NCBI GenBank assembly: GCA_964276515.1
Contig: OZ193909.1
Coordinates: forward strand, 3,658,001 to 3,722,000
DNA length: 64,000 nt
Source of the DNA: Gordius albopunctatus
Taxonomy: Eukaryota
Direction: 5' to 3'
Below are positions 11,707 to 23,590 of the stretch, one piece after another. The translations under genes and the position numbers were made by a program. The stretch's first letter is position 1. Every line of letters starts with the position of its first letter. The notes beneath the pieces are model-generated. The model did not search any database. It saw only the letters and a program-made list of their open reading frames with translations, and had not been told where the DNA came from.

Positions 11707-14700
11707 AACGACGGTCCCAAGTCCGTGTGAAAAAAGTGGAGGGTTGGCGTCAGGTCGGAAGCCGGCTGTAAAAAGCAACTCCAAACACCATGGCAGCTTC
11801 AAATACGAACTTATACCAGAATGCTAGGGCGTCCTCCCCAAACGACGCGCATTGCATCATCCGCCCGTGCAATGTGAAAAGTATACAAGGGTCACCGCCT
11901 CACTCACAACGAAGGCGGTTAAGGAACCTAGTTGTCAAACGGACAAGAGTGGCTAGCTGGAATGTGGGCACGCTGACGGGGAAGAGCATCGAGGTTGCGC
12001 AGATGCTAAAAAGGCGAAGGATACACATAGCGTGTCTACAAGAAACGCGGTGGCATGGAACAAAAGCCAGGGAGCTAGGAGATGGTTACAAGCTATACTA
12101 CTCGGGTTCCCCATCACGGAAGAACAGGGTCGGTATAGTGCTTAGCGATTCCTTTAAGGACAAGGTAGTTGAAGTCAAACGATGCTCAGATAGATTGATG
12201 TGCATAAAGCTGGCGGATCAAGGCGGCCTTGTCAATGTTATTTGTGCGTATTCGCCCCAGGTTGGATGTTCCGAAAACGAGAAGGACGAATTCTATGAGA
12301 AGCTCGAAGAAGAAATACGCTACGTGAAGCCTGACGAGAATCTCATCATCGGAGCAGACTTTATTGGGCACGCTGGGAAAGAAAGGGGCGTGTACGAACG
12401 AAATCACGGCGGGCATGGCTATGAAGTGAAAAATAAAGAGGGAGAGAAGTTACTACAGATGGCGCAAGCTTACGATATGGCCATTGTGATTACCTTCTTT
12501 CAGAAGCGTACCGAACATTTAGCGACGTACAGTAGTGGAAATCACCTTACACAGGTCGACTACATATTAGTGAAGCGCAAAAATTTGTGGCAAGTTAAAG
12601 ATTGCAAGGTTATACCGGGGGAAGAAATCGCCAAACAACATCGGCCAGTTGTCCTCGATATAGCAAGAAAGATTTTTCCCGTAAGGAGAAAAGTCTATAC
12701 ACCAAGGACAAAGTACGAAAAGCTTAAGGATGATCATGCAAATGAAATGTTTCACACTCGAGCAACTCCGCTCTTGAAGGTTGCAGGCTTGGAGGGCGAC
12801 ATTAACAAAAGGTGGGGCACCGTTGCAAATGTTCTAAAGGAAACGGCCTTTCAAATATTGGGACGAACTAAGGGCGGCAGAGCTCACAAGCGTGAACTAT
12901 AGTGGTGGAATGACTCGGTCAAAGAGGTTATAGAAGAAAAGAAGGCGTTGTACCTACGATGGTACAAAACGAATAAAGGAGAACACTACGAGGCATATCG
13001 TGAAGCGAAACGCAAAGCTAAGATAGCGGTCGCGATAGCGAAGAACGACGCTTACACCGAGATGGCAAACAAGCTCGATACCAAGGGCGGCGACATAGTC
13101 ATGTATAAACTCGCAAATATCAGGGAGAAAAAAAGTCGAGATGTCGGGACACTTAAAGTCATTAAAAGCGAAGAGGGACGAACGTTGTGCAAACCGAAGG
13201 AAGTCATCAAAAGATGGAAAGATTATTTCCAAAATATGATGAACAAGACGAATGATAGAAGACCGCTAGAGAGGGTGGAACCGAACTGAACTTGGTTTTA
13301 CCATTTCAGGCTTATGAAATAGGAGCACAACTAACGAAGATGCGGAAAGGGAAAGCGCTAGGTCCCGATGATCTACCGATCGAAGCTTGGCTTGGGTGCA
13401 AAGGAGAAGAAATCGACATAATGACAGGCCTATTTAACGCTATGCTGTATGAGAGTCGTATCCCAGACCAATGGAGGGAAAGTACGATCATACCCATATA
13501 CAAAGGTAAAGGAGACGCACAGGAATGTGGCAACTTTAGAGGTATCAAGCTGACCTGCCACTCACTAAAACTATTAGAAAGGGTGCTAGTGAAAAGGCTC
13601 AATGACGAAGTTTGTCTCTCGCCCAATCAGTTTGGATTTGTGGCCGGTAAATCAACCATGGACCCAATCTTTGCGTTGAAGCAGACGATGGATAAATATG
13701 GCGACATAAGAAAGAAATTACACGTGGTCTTCATCGATTTAGAAAAGGCATATGATACGGTTCCGAGAGACTTAATATGGTGGTCCCTTAGAGCCAGAAA
13801 TATACCCGAAGGATATGTTCGACTTATCAAGGAAATGTATAATGGCGCGGTTGCATCTGTTAGGACTACCGTAGGAGTAACGAAACCCTTCCGAATAATG
13901 ATCGGACTACATCAAGGATCAGCGTTAAGCCCATTCTTGTTTAATCTAATTATGGATACAATAACAAAGGACTTGCACAAGCCAGCCCCTTGGACTATGC
14001 TATATGCCGACGATATTGTCCTATGCGATGAAACAAGAGAAGGGGTTTTTCATCAGGCGAAAAAATGGTCAGAACGTTTCTCGGAATTCGGGTTAAAGGT
14101 CAGTGAGAAGAAAACGGTTTACATGCAAACGATGGGCGGTAGTCCGCAAATGCACAAAATCGACGGTCCAAGCTACACGGAGGTTGATAAGTTCACATAT
14201 CTTGGCTCGCTATTACATCAAGAAGGAGGATGTACCGCCGAAGTCCATTCTCAGATCAAGAAAGCATGGCTCAAGTGGCGTAGCATCTCCGGTGTCATGT
14301 GTGACAAAAAGATACCAATTTGCTTGAAAAGCAAGGCGTACAAAACCATCGTGCGACCGGTCTTGCTTTACGGGAGCGAAACATGGGCTGTAACCACCGC
14401 GGAGGAGAAACTCTTGCAAGTCACGGAAATGAGAATGGTGCGATGGAGCTTAGGCTACACCAAGCTGGATCGCATGACGAACGAATCCTTGATGACAAAG
14501 ATGGGTATACAAGCGACGAAGGACTTCTTAAGAGAAAATCGACTGCGGTGGTACGGCCATGTATTACGAAGAGACGAAGACGATGTCACACGCCGAACGC
14601 TGGAGATGGACGTGCCTGGAAGAAGAGGAAGGGGCAGACCACGTGCCACCTGGAAACGACTGGTCGAAAAGGATATGGACGTCAAACAGATGGAAGATTT

Positions 14701-14720
14701 TCAACACGATAAAGAAGAAG
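11707..14720 (+). mobile_element. RTE-clade LINE, near full length, inserted in the Gypsy RT
   Basis: ORFs 11790-12902 (APE: SWNVGTL, LQETRW, TQVDY), 12948-13289 and 13292-14700 (RT: FIDLEKAYD, HQGSALSP, YADD, RLRWYGHV, RGRGRPR). Stop at 12900; stop plus frameshift at ~13290; short GAA tail at ~14713-14722. Confidence 0.93.
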
Positions 14721-16456
14721 AGAACGTTGGAATAAATTTGGTGCTATCGAAAGTCCAAATGGAAGACGTTTATACAGATAATAACCTAAATGTGTTGCGA
14801 TAGTGAGATAATGTCGCAACTTTTCTTCGACCTTCATCTGAAGATAGGGATCACGTAAGTAAATTACTGTATATTTCTGCCCTCCTGCGATCTTCAGAAT
14901 TAAATCGTCAAATGTCGGAAGTAGATGGTTGTTTAAAGCTAGGAAGGGATTGATAGTAACTCGAAAATTGCCGCAGATTCTAATGGAAGTATTTGATTTT
15001 AATACATTTACTATTGGAGTTGCCCATGTTATTGGTGTTGCTGCAGGATCAATATGTTCAATTATATCTTCATCCAATAATCTTTTAATTTCCTCTTCAA
15101 CTATCTTCCTTAGTAAAAAAGAAACTCTTCGTGCAGGAAATTCTATGGCTTTGGCTTCTTCCTTTACAAAAAGATTTACCTCATAATCTTTATTACAGCC
15201 AGTGCCATCACTGAACACATTGGTATACTTTTCAACCAATTCCTCTTCTATGTTTTGAGGTTTTTCTTCTATAGCATTAATCTTAACTTGATGAGGGAGT
15301 TTTAGGTTAAAAGCTTGCATCCAATTTAAACCAAATATGGGTTCTTCTTCTACAGTTGTTACAATAGCTGTTAATTTTAAAGTTTTATTGTTTAAATTTA
15401 CATAGACTTGTGTTTCTCCACATATAGGAACTGGATTATTTCCAAAAGCTTTTATCTTGGGGCATGGTGTTAATTTAGGTGTATTTAAAATGTTGTAGAT
15501 ATTCTTGTTGATTACGGATACTGACTAGTCAGTATCATATAACATTTTGAAAATTTTCTGATTTATCCTTACATGGATGTATGGTTTAAGGTGAATTACA
15601 TTATTTAAGTCATAAATTTTTCCAATTGTATTAATAATCTGGTTTACTTTGTTTGAGGTTTTGCACATTTTTGCAAAGTGTCCTCTATGATGACATATGG
15701 AACATTCTTTTAAAAATGCTGGACATTGCTTCATTGCATGTGACTTACCACATCTATAGCAATTTCTTATGAATGATTGTTGATGTTCATGCTTCTTTGT
15801 AGCAAATTATTTTATTGATTACCTATTCTTTTGATTTGAGTACATTGGATTTGGTTTTTTATAATTTTGAATTTTTTTCAAATCTTGTGATGTGTTAACT
15901 TCTTTATTAGCTGTCTCCATTGATTCAGCTAGATTGTATATATCATTAAATGTTACCCCCTCGCCCTCTTTCTTTAAAGCTTCAGGCCATCTTGTCCTGA
16001 CATCAATTTCCAATGATAGATTTTGATAACCATTTAAGAGTTGGTCACGGAGCCGTTCATCTAAATTAGTTTTGAAGTCACAATTTTCTGCAGATGATTT
16101 TAATATTGTTACATACTCAATCAGAGTTCATCATTTCTTTTAAGACATCTCATGAATTGTAATCTAGAGTGGAAAATTGTACATTTTTGTTGGAATACCT
16201 TTTTTATTTAAGTTTATTAAGTCCTGATATTTAAGCAAGGATATATCTTCAGGGTATAGGAAATTTATTAAAGTTTCAATATTCTTTTGACCCATGTATC
16301 CCAATATGATTTTGCATCGAGTAGCTTTAGGCACATTTTTAGCCTCAAAAATATTAGGGATAGCTATTATGTATATTGAAATATTATCACCTTGTTTAAA
16401 ATTAGATATTCCCACAGTCTCCATTTTCAGAATAGTTTTTTTCTCGACCGCGCCAA

Positions 16457-16555
16457 TATACTAATTCACATATGTTTTAAATCAAAAACCAATTATATAT
16501 TTTAATCCACATGGTATATATAAAACTGATATTACTAATTACGCTATATATTACA
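16457..16555 (-). repeat. 5' LTR of Gypsy element (~100 bp)
   Basis: Starts TGTAAT on the minus strand; followed by PBS TGGCGCGG and the gag ATG at 16424. Confidence 0.9.
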
Positions 16556-16677
16556 CGTATAAACGTAGCATATTTGCTATGCACTTTATGGGCGAGAAAG
16601 GTGGGAAGGGACGAAAATGTCTGTCGGGGGGGGGGGGTATAAAATGCAAAATGATTAGTTATTAATTTATATAAATA

Positions 16678-17990
16678 CTAGCTGTGCCCGGCCAAGCGTT
16701 GCTTTGGCTTAGTTCTTATCTGGCTAAATAATTGATATCTATCAATAGAAAATTATGGGTAGGTGGTCATGATTGAAATAAGAATGGAGCGTAGTGACAA
16801 TGTTGGCCTATAAAATGACAATACACTAATCATTTATTAATTTCATTCTTTGTACTTTATTAAATCATTTTTGCTACCTATATATACATCAAATTATGAC
16901 GATTCAAAAATAATTCATCACCAATCTCTAAGTACGATGAAGTATATAATATTTTTGGGTAGTCGGTCTTTAGTCAACACAAACAAACTGGATGGTTTAC
17001 CCACGCGAGAACATGCCACATATGGTTTTCCCTAAGAAAAGCATGTTGTGGCAAAATTTAAGCTACAAATAGACATCGTTTGGCCTTGCGCCTTATTTAT
17101 TGTCATGGCGAATGCCAATCTAATTGGAAATTTAATGCGTTTGAATTCAATCGGCATATATGTGGGAATCATAGGGATTCGTGGCAGCTTACATGTTCAC
17201 ATTGGACCTTGCGATTCAAAATGCTGACTTCGAGTTTTTCATTAATATTTTAATGACATAGCCAATGCAATGCCATTTTTGTATCGTATCTCGGCAAGAA
17301 TTATCGAAATGAGAAAAATTTTGCCAGTTCCACCTGATGCATATAAAAAAAGAAACCCATTGTCCTGACGAAACTATCAGCATAATGCGGTCGTAAATGG
17401 ATTTTTTTTATTAAGATAGTGGTGGGACATTGCGACTAACAATCGCTGCCATTTCTAAAGTATTATACTGCAGTTCAAGACTCATATCAGTGTTGAGTAA
17501 ATCAGATGTACATTGATTTGGTTAACTCATACCAAAATGTCTAATTTTAAAAACATACAGTCAACACTATAGCGAATAGTTGACGAATTTGTGTTCCTGT
17601 ATAGTTTAATGCTGCTTCAGTAAGAGTACTGTCCTGATAGTTGTCGTCTTCTAGTAAGCCTAATGTAGGGCATGCATCTTTATACGCTAGATACTGTTGT
17701 CCGTTTACTTTACATATATCGTGAAATGACAATGAGCCAGTGCCATTAACCAACACCAGTCGCAGTTGAAAGAACTAAGTCTGCATTGGATTCACTGTAT
17801 ATACACTACGGCGATGATGATTAAAATATTCACATGGGCCATGATTATGTTTGTAGTAACAATATCAAACAATAATTTATCAGTACACGGATTTGGAATT
17901 TCTGCATAAATTAAACTATCAATGTCTTCAGGAGGTATTTTGTCGATGAACTAAATCAAAATGTGAGCAAGTGCTAATCCTCGTGTTGCA
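16678..17990 (-). mobile_element. Helitron 3' fragment (PIF1-type helicase remnants)
   Basis: Canonical 3' end GCAACGCTTGGCCGGGCACAGCTAG|T at 16678. Minus-strand remnants include GGTGK (Walker A), PRIPMIPT..FKR..FPIRLAFAMTINKAQGQT, YVACSRVG, and ORF 17547-17756. Confidence 0.85.
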
Positions 17991-18729
17991 TGTTGCCAAT
18001 TAATTTATTGAAGTAATCTAATTAGTGGTGGGAATAAAATTTAATTTAATTAGTGGTGTGAATAAAAGGTTGAGAAACTATTTATGGTCTGTGGGAGATT
18101 CCTAATTAATGGTTTGTTTAAGGCACTAACTAGAAACAGGCGAATATGTTAAAGGCATTCCTCATGCAAATTGAGATGTGCAGTACATCAACCTGTCGTA
18201 AGGTTAAGGGCATCCCTAATGCAAATTGAGAAATGCAGTACATCGACAGGGTTTAAATAGCTGTATTTTTACCCTGCAAATAATAATGTATTTTTTTCTT
18301 ACTTAGAACTCGGTTGTACTGTTGCAACTATCTCCGAAAACATTACACCACCCCGAATCCAATACTTTTATTAGTCCTTCCACATCACCCAATCTCACCT
18401 ATTTTGCGCACTTATATTTCGACCGCCCACAAATAATTGATATCGTTTAACGCTTGCATTTAAATCCAAGATATTTTTGTCTTGACAATTTGATTAAATA
18501 TCATTATAAGTTATAACTCGTATTCGTCCATTGGATTTCTTTGGTGAACAATAAACTGATTATCAAATTTCAAAGTACAGATAGTGATAGCGGAACTTAA
18601 AACTCGCATTTGCCACTCATTCGAATACATCCAGCAACGTGCGGGGCCAAATATTATTGCGGATTTTTTGACTCTTATAAATTATTATATAAGATATAAA
18701 TTGGTCATAATGGAACCAATTTTTTATCT

Positions 18730-19512
18730 CATTGTTATGAAGAGCAATGAACTTAGGGCCGATCCTTGATGCACACCGACATTTAGACTGAATCACTTTG
18801 ATGTAACACTGGATGTACGAACTTTGGTTTTTGCGTTTCTATAGATATTATTTATTAACATTATATAAGCGTCGGGTACACCATTGGAACTCAGGCTATC
18901 CCATATCCTGCCTTGGCACTTTGTCGAAAGCTTTCTCAAGATCGATGAAACACATATCAAGATCCTTTTGTTTTTCCTTATATAATTCCATAAGTCTTCT
19001 AAGACCATGTATTGCATCTGAAGTCGACTTTCCAAGCATGAACCCAAATTTTCGTTCATCTATTGATATTATTTTCCGGAGTTTTAGCTTCTATAGCCTT
19101 TTCCCACGCCTTCATTACGTGACTTGTTAACTTTATCCCCCGATAGTTATTGCATTCCTTTACATCTCCCTTCGTTTTATATATTGCTATAACATAGCTT
19201 TCCCTCCGCACATCAGCAATGAAACCTCTTGCAAGTATTTTGTTGAACAGCTTTGCAAGTAGATTTACACCTAAGGGCCCTAGCATTTTGAAACTTTCCA
19301 TAGGTATATTATCAGGTCCCACCGCCTTATCCATGGTCATCTTTTAAGCACCTGGTCAACCTCTTTCTCCGTCACTTCTAACTTTGGGTCATATTCATAG
19401 GTCTTGCTTTCGCAATGGTCCGAACCACATTTTCAGATCCTTCTTTCCTCTTCTTTACTGGTTAACTTGGCATTCAGATTTTTGTAGACCTCTGTTTTAG
19501 CCTTGGCTATAC
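18730..19512 (-). mobile_element. RTE LINE RT fragment
   Basis: ORFs 19056-19340 (KAVGPDNIP, NYRGIKL) and 18793-19059; HQGSALS near 18760. Confidence 0.85.
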
Positions 19513-19605
19513 AACAAGCAATCATCTAAACTAATTTTGTGTTACATATATTTTTGTTTATAAATTTCAAAAAAATTGATTATAATGCGTCTCGGTCGAT
19601 CGTCT

Positions 19606-19975
19606 TTAATCTGGGCTTGAATATCTTCCCCGAAATAAAACATTTCAAAACTCGGCTTCGATTAGTAAATGCAAAAACGGTCTATTGAAAAACATATTTT
19701 AAATGTTCTATCTTAGAGAGCTCCACCAGTGGCAGCTGCCCCTTTACTTCTTCTTTGTTCATTTGAAAATTGACTTTATGAACCATTTTATCCAAAGACA
19801 AGGCTCGTGATTTGACAATATTGTCCAAACCATGGCTGGAAACATGCATAATGGAAGTTCAGTTATATACATTTATACATAAAATTTATCTTTAAATATA
19901 TATCGATAGTTACTTGAAGATGCAACTTAGATTAGAATTCGCCAATATCGTGTTCATTTGCAAGTTTGTTTTACG
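19606..19975 (-). pseudogene. serpin pseudogene, 3' exons only
   Basis: Inverted diverged copy of 47598-48264 without the hairpin insertion. Includes the hinge/RCL exon (GAAATGGAL), a short intron and 3' UTR to ~19515. Small indels present; truncated at a TE end at 19976. Confidence 0.85.
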
Positions 19976-20035
19976 TAGTGTTGCGATCTCGTCTCGTCTA
20001 GGTCTCAAAAGCAAAATCTCGTCTCGGGTAGATAC
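19976..20035 (+). mobile_element. hAT-like element terminus with TCTCG subterminal repeats
   Basis: TAGTGTTGCGATCTCGTCTCG. The inverted equivalent ends at 40396, and related CGAGA clusters occur at 41510-41555 and 46396-46462. Confidence 0.5.
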
Positions 20036-20499
20036 AGGTTTGTTGGGGTTCTCACTTACAAAATATTTTATCTTTTAATGCAGATAATGTTTTTGTAATT
20101 AAGAAACAATATCATAATTAAAATTATATGTTTCTGAATAAAACTTTGAATTCTGAACTTAATAATGTCCGAAGAACTGAGATATATCAACATTTATTGG
20201 CACTTTGTTAAAAGTATTTTCAGTTTTCTCCTTATTTAACGCGCAAAAAATGACAAAATTAGATTTTTTAATTTATTTAGCCACGCAGGAGGGGACAAGA
20301 CCGTCCTATAATAATAATAATTGATGTGAAAAATAAGCAAAAAAATGAATTTGATTTAATGTTTCAAATCGTAAAATGTTTCCATTTTCCGCAGCACATG
20401 CCTACATTTATCACAATACACTACCTACACGCATGACGTTTTAGAAAATACTATAAGTGATACATTTTTACTAAAGAATTGTATAATCAAATTCGTGTT

Positions 20500-22477
20500 C
20501 TTTGAAAATTTGAATATAGCATGGACACCGTACTCTGGTTGAAGTTTTTTGATTGGTGTCTTCTTTGGAATTAAGGGCGAATAGACTCCAATCTAGTATA
20601 AAATATAATTTTGTCAAAATATTTCCATATATTACCTAGCCATAACCCATTTTTTCCATTGAGTGTCTGGCAACTTAAACCAGAGTCTTTCTGTCACTAC
20701 TGACGACAGAATTAATGCATCGTCACCTAAAAATTTTTTATCATTAAGAGTAGTTGATTAAATTGCTAAGTCTCATTTACTTGGCTGTTCGTCCTCTTTT
20801 ATTTCTACAACCCTAGATTTATCTACTATAGGATCTTCTATTATTTCGGCTGCAATAAAATAAGTGACATAAAGTAAAATTATATTTAAGCATAAAACAG
20901 TAAAAGTTTAAATGTCGAGCAACCTGTTGGTTGAACCAAGGGATTGACCTTGGTGTCCCTCTCGCTAGGAAAATCTTAAATATTAATTAATAAATAATGA
21001 AAGAATATATACCCTCATCCAAATTTTGTTTATATTTTTTAAGAATGCTTCCATTGAATCTTTTTTAAAGTTATTCCTAACATATTTTCTACGGTATAAG
21101 TGCCTAAATAAAAACCAAAAATTAAACACTCAAAATATGTCTAACCTTTAAAGAAATCTAGAATTTTTTAGGGTCCCAACCATGAAGAAGAGGTTTTATC
21201 TCCTTTCCTGTCAGTCCTTTTCATGTTATAGGCGAGTACCATAGCGCCATTTCTAAAGGCATATGATACTTGGTGCCTTTTCTCGTGGGCTTTCTTTTGT
21301 CTTCTTTGTGCTTTCATAATATTTATGCTAGCGCATTCATAGGCACGGCGAGCGATAGTGGCCACACGGTCAAGATTAACATCAACTTCAGGTGTTATGC
21401 CAACGGCAACCTCGTCGGATTCAGTCGCTATCTCCAAGTCTGTTTTAAAAACGGGCCTAGGCGGTCTAATAGATAACAAAATATTGGGGTACATGTACAA
21501 TAATACGTTTTGTAATATAACGATTAAACATCAAAAAATAGGGGGTCATTTTTGTTGATGATTGGACCGCCGTGTTCACAGGATATGTTACCCCAGGTAA
21601 CGCGGACTCCCAGTTATCACAATTGCCCTTAAGGACTTTATTGAGGCCCGTCAATAAAGTCCTATTCATCCGTTCAACCAGGCCATTTGCTTGGGGGTGG
21701 TAGGCCGTGGTGACCCTTTGTTTAATACCCGTGACTTTATAAATTTCCTCGGTAACGGAATTAACAAATTCTCTACCCTGGTCATTTATTAAAGCCTATT
21801 AAAATGTGATCATAATTTAATATACCTCAGGATATCCCCATTCAGAGAATATCAGCAAAAGGTTGCTAGTGACCTCTTACATGGTGTGGGTTTTTAAAGG
21901 CCTTGAAATGACGTATTTTGTGAAGTAGTCAATAACGACTAAAAAGCAGTTGAAAGCAGGCACACTGGAGGGCATATTGCACAGATCCATCCCTAGTAAT
22001 CGCCATGGCGAGGAAGAGATGGAAACAGGATGCAATTCAGGCGTTGCCTTATCAATTTTTGCAGCATATTTTTGACATACTGCAAGAATTAATATAGGCC
22101 GTAACATTCTCACTAATGCGTGGCCACCAATAGCTTTATAAAAACTTAAGTCGATAAAAAATAAATACCTTTCACAAATCTTGGCTCGCGCACGATTAAT
22201 GCCCAGATGTGAAGCTAAGCTTTCTCCCAACAGTGTGTCTTCTATACCATTATGGTATAATCTTAAAACTTTTCTAAGAAAAATAAAATATATTTTTACA
22301 AATACCTGTTTTCTGTCCACATTATTTGCCTACTTTTTTAAGATATAGGAATCCATCTTTTACAAAGTAGCTACTTGTTTTTTTAACAAACTAGTACTTT
22401 TGTTTAGGATTTACACCCATTTGAGTAGTTCCCTTCTCCAAATAATTATTTATTTCTTCACAACCAAAATTTGCCAT
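20500..22477 (-). mobile_element. Ginger/GIN-like intron-containing Gypsy-type integrase (no RT), degraded
   Basis: HHCC region (HLGIN..YWWPRI..CQK); catalytic core (PWRLLGMDL, VIDYFTKY, NDQGREF, AYHPQANGLVERMNRTL); WLGP motif. Interrupted by 30-45 nt GT-AG introns. Premature stops near 22392 and 21877. 3' boundary approximate. Confidence 0.75.
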
Positions 22478-22677
22478 TCTAGTAAAATATTGATAAATTG
22501 AAAGATGCTAATAGGAATTATTGCATAAAATACAAGAGATAAGTTGTAAGGCTAAAAAGGTTGTATCGTAACTATTACTACTAGATCTGTATGAATATAA
22601 TTATATCAATTTAAAAGACAGCCAAGATCTGTATAAAAAGCAGAAAATTAATATTTTACATTAATATATTATGTTAG

Positions 22678-22748
22678 ACGGGCCTTGAAATTTTGAAAAC
22701 GGGTACGGGCGGGCCGACCTTCTAAAAACGGCCCGTTGCAGATCTCTA
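22678..22748 (-). mobile_element. probable hAT-type terminus fragment
   Basis: Minus strand starts TAGAGATCTGCAACGGGCCG and has CGGGCC subterminal repeats. Confidence 0.4.
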
Positions 22749-23590
22749 GCATCAATAGGCGACATTTTTACATACTCAGCAGATTCAAAATTTATTTAGA
22801 AAATAGTATGTCAAAACATTAATTAAATGATTTTACATTAACAAATCATCGGAAATGCAACCCACCTCAGGTAACATCCTAGATAGACAATCGCTGGGCA
22901 AAAGAAAATTTAAATGACTATTTCATTACAACTTTCTATCTATAAATATTATTCACCTCTTGATCATAGGTCATATATGCCTAAATATTTCTGCCGAACC
23001 CTGCCCAGTCCGATTTTATAACTAAATTGTCGGCCTGGACCCACTTGAACCCTTCTAAGAGTCCGCCTGGCTGCTCAATTTATTAGAGCTATCCAAATTT
23101 CCAGCCTAAATGATTTTTATATTTTTAGCAGTTATTTTGTTATATTTCGAATTTTTATTTTTGAATTATAACTACGATTAATTATAATAATTATATAATC
23201 TAAAAAAGTGACAAAATTTAACGCGACTACACTATACTCATCGGGACAAACCAGAGACGGGAATTTAAATGGAATTAATTTATAGGACATAGCATTTTCA
23301 AAATTAATTCATCAACTACTGGGTTGGTATCCATAGCAGAATTACTAACATAAATATTATCAATACATTTAGTGTTAAAAAATCTTATTAAAGATAATTT
23401 TCAATGCCGTTATATATATTTAAAGAAAATTGCAAACGGTGGGGGAAACCAAGGTGTTAGGAATTAGGTTTTAGTGACTTGTGGCCCTAAAAATGCCATT
23501 GAATACAAAGTAAATATGATGATAAAAATTAGCATTGTTTTTAAACCCAATACATATAAATAAAGATGATAATTTTCCATATTAAAGTTA

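Larger units (their letters stand above)
6245..16555 (-). mobile_element. Ty3/Gypsy LTR retrotransposon, full-length but degraded, carrying nested Helitron and RTE
   Basis: LTRs at 16457-16555 and 6245-6345. PBS TGGCGCGGTCGAG at 16455-16443, PPT at 6346-6356, TSD CGTAT at 6240-6244 and 16556-16560. Gag with CCHC knuckles 15525-16424; RT 14720-15320 and 11280-11706 (LLDDII); RNase H 10906-11280; integrase 9920-10635 (SDNGPQF, HPKTNGLAER); integrase tail 6358-6560 (HADQL, LRRST). Confidence 0.92.
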
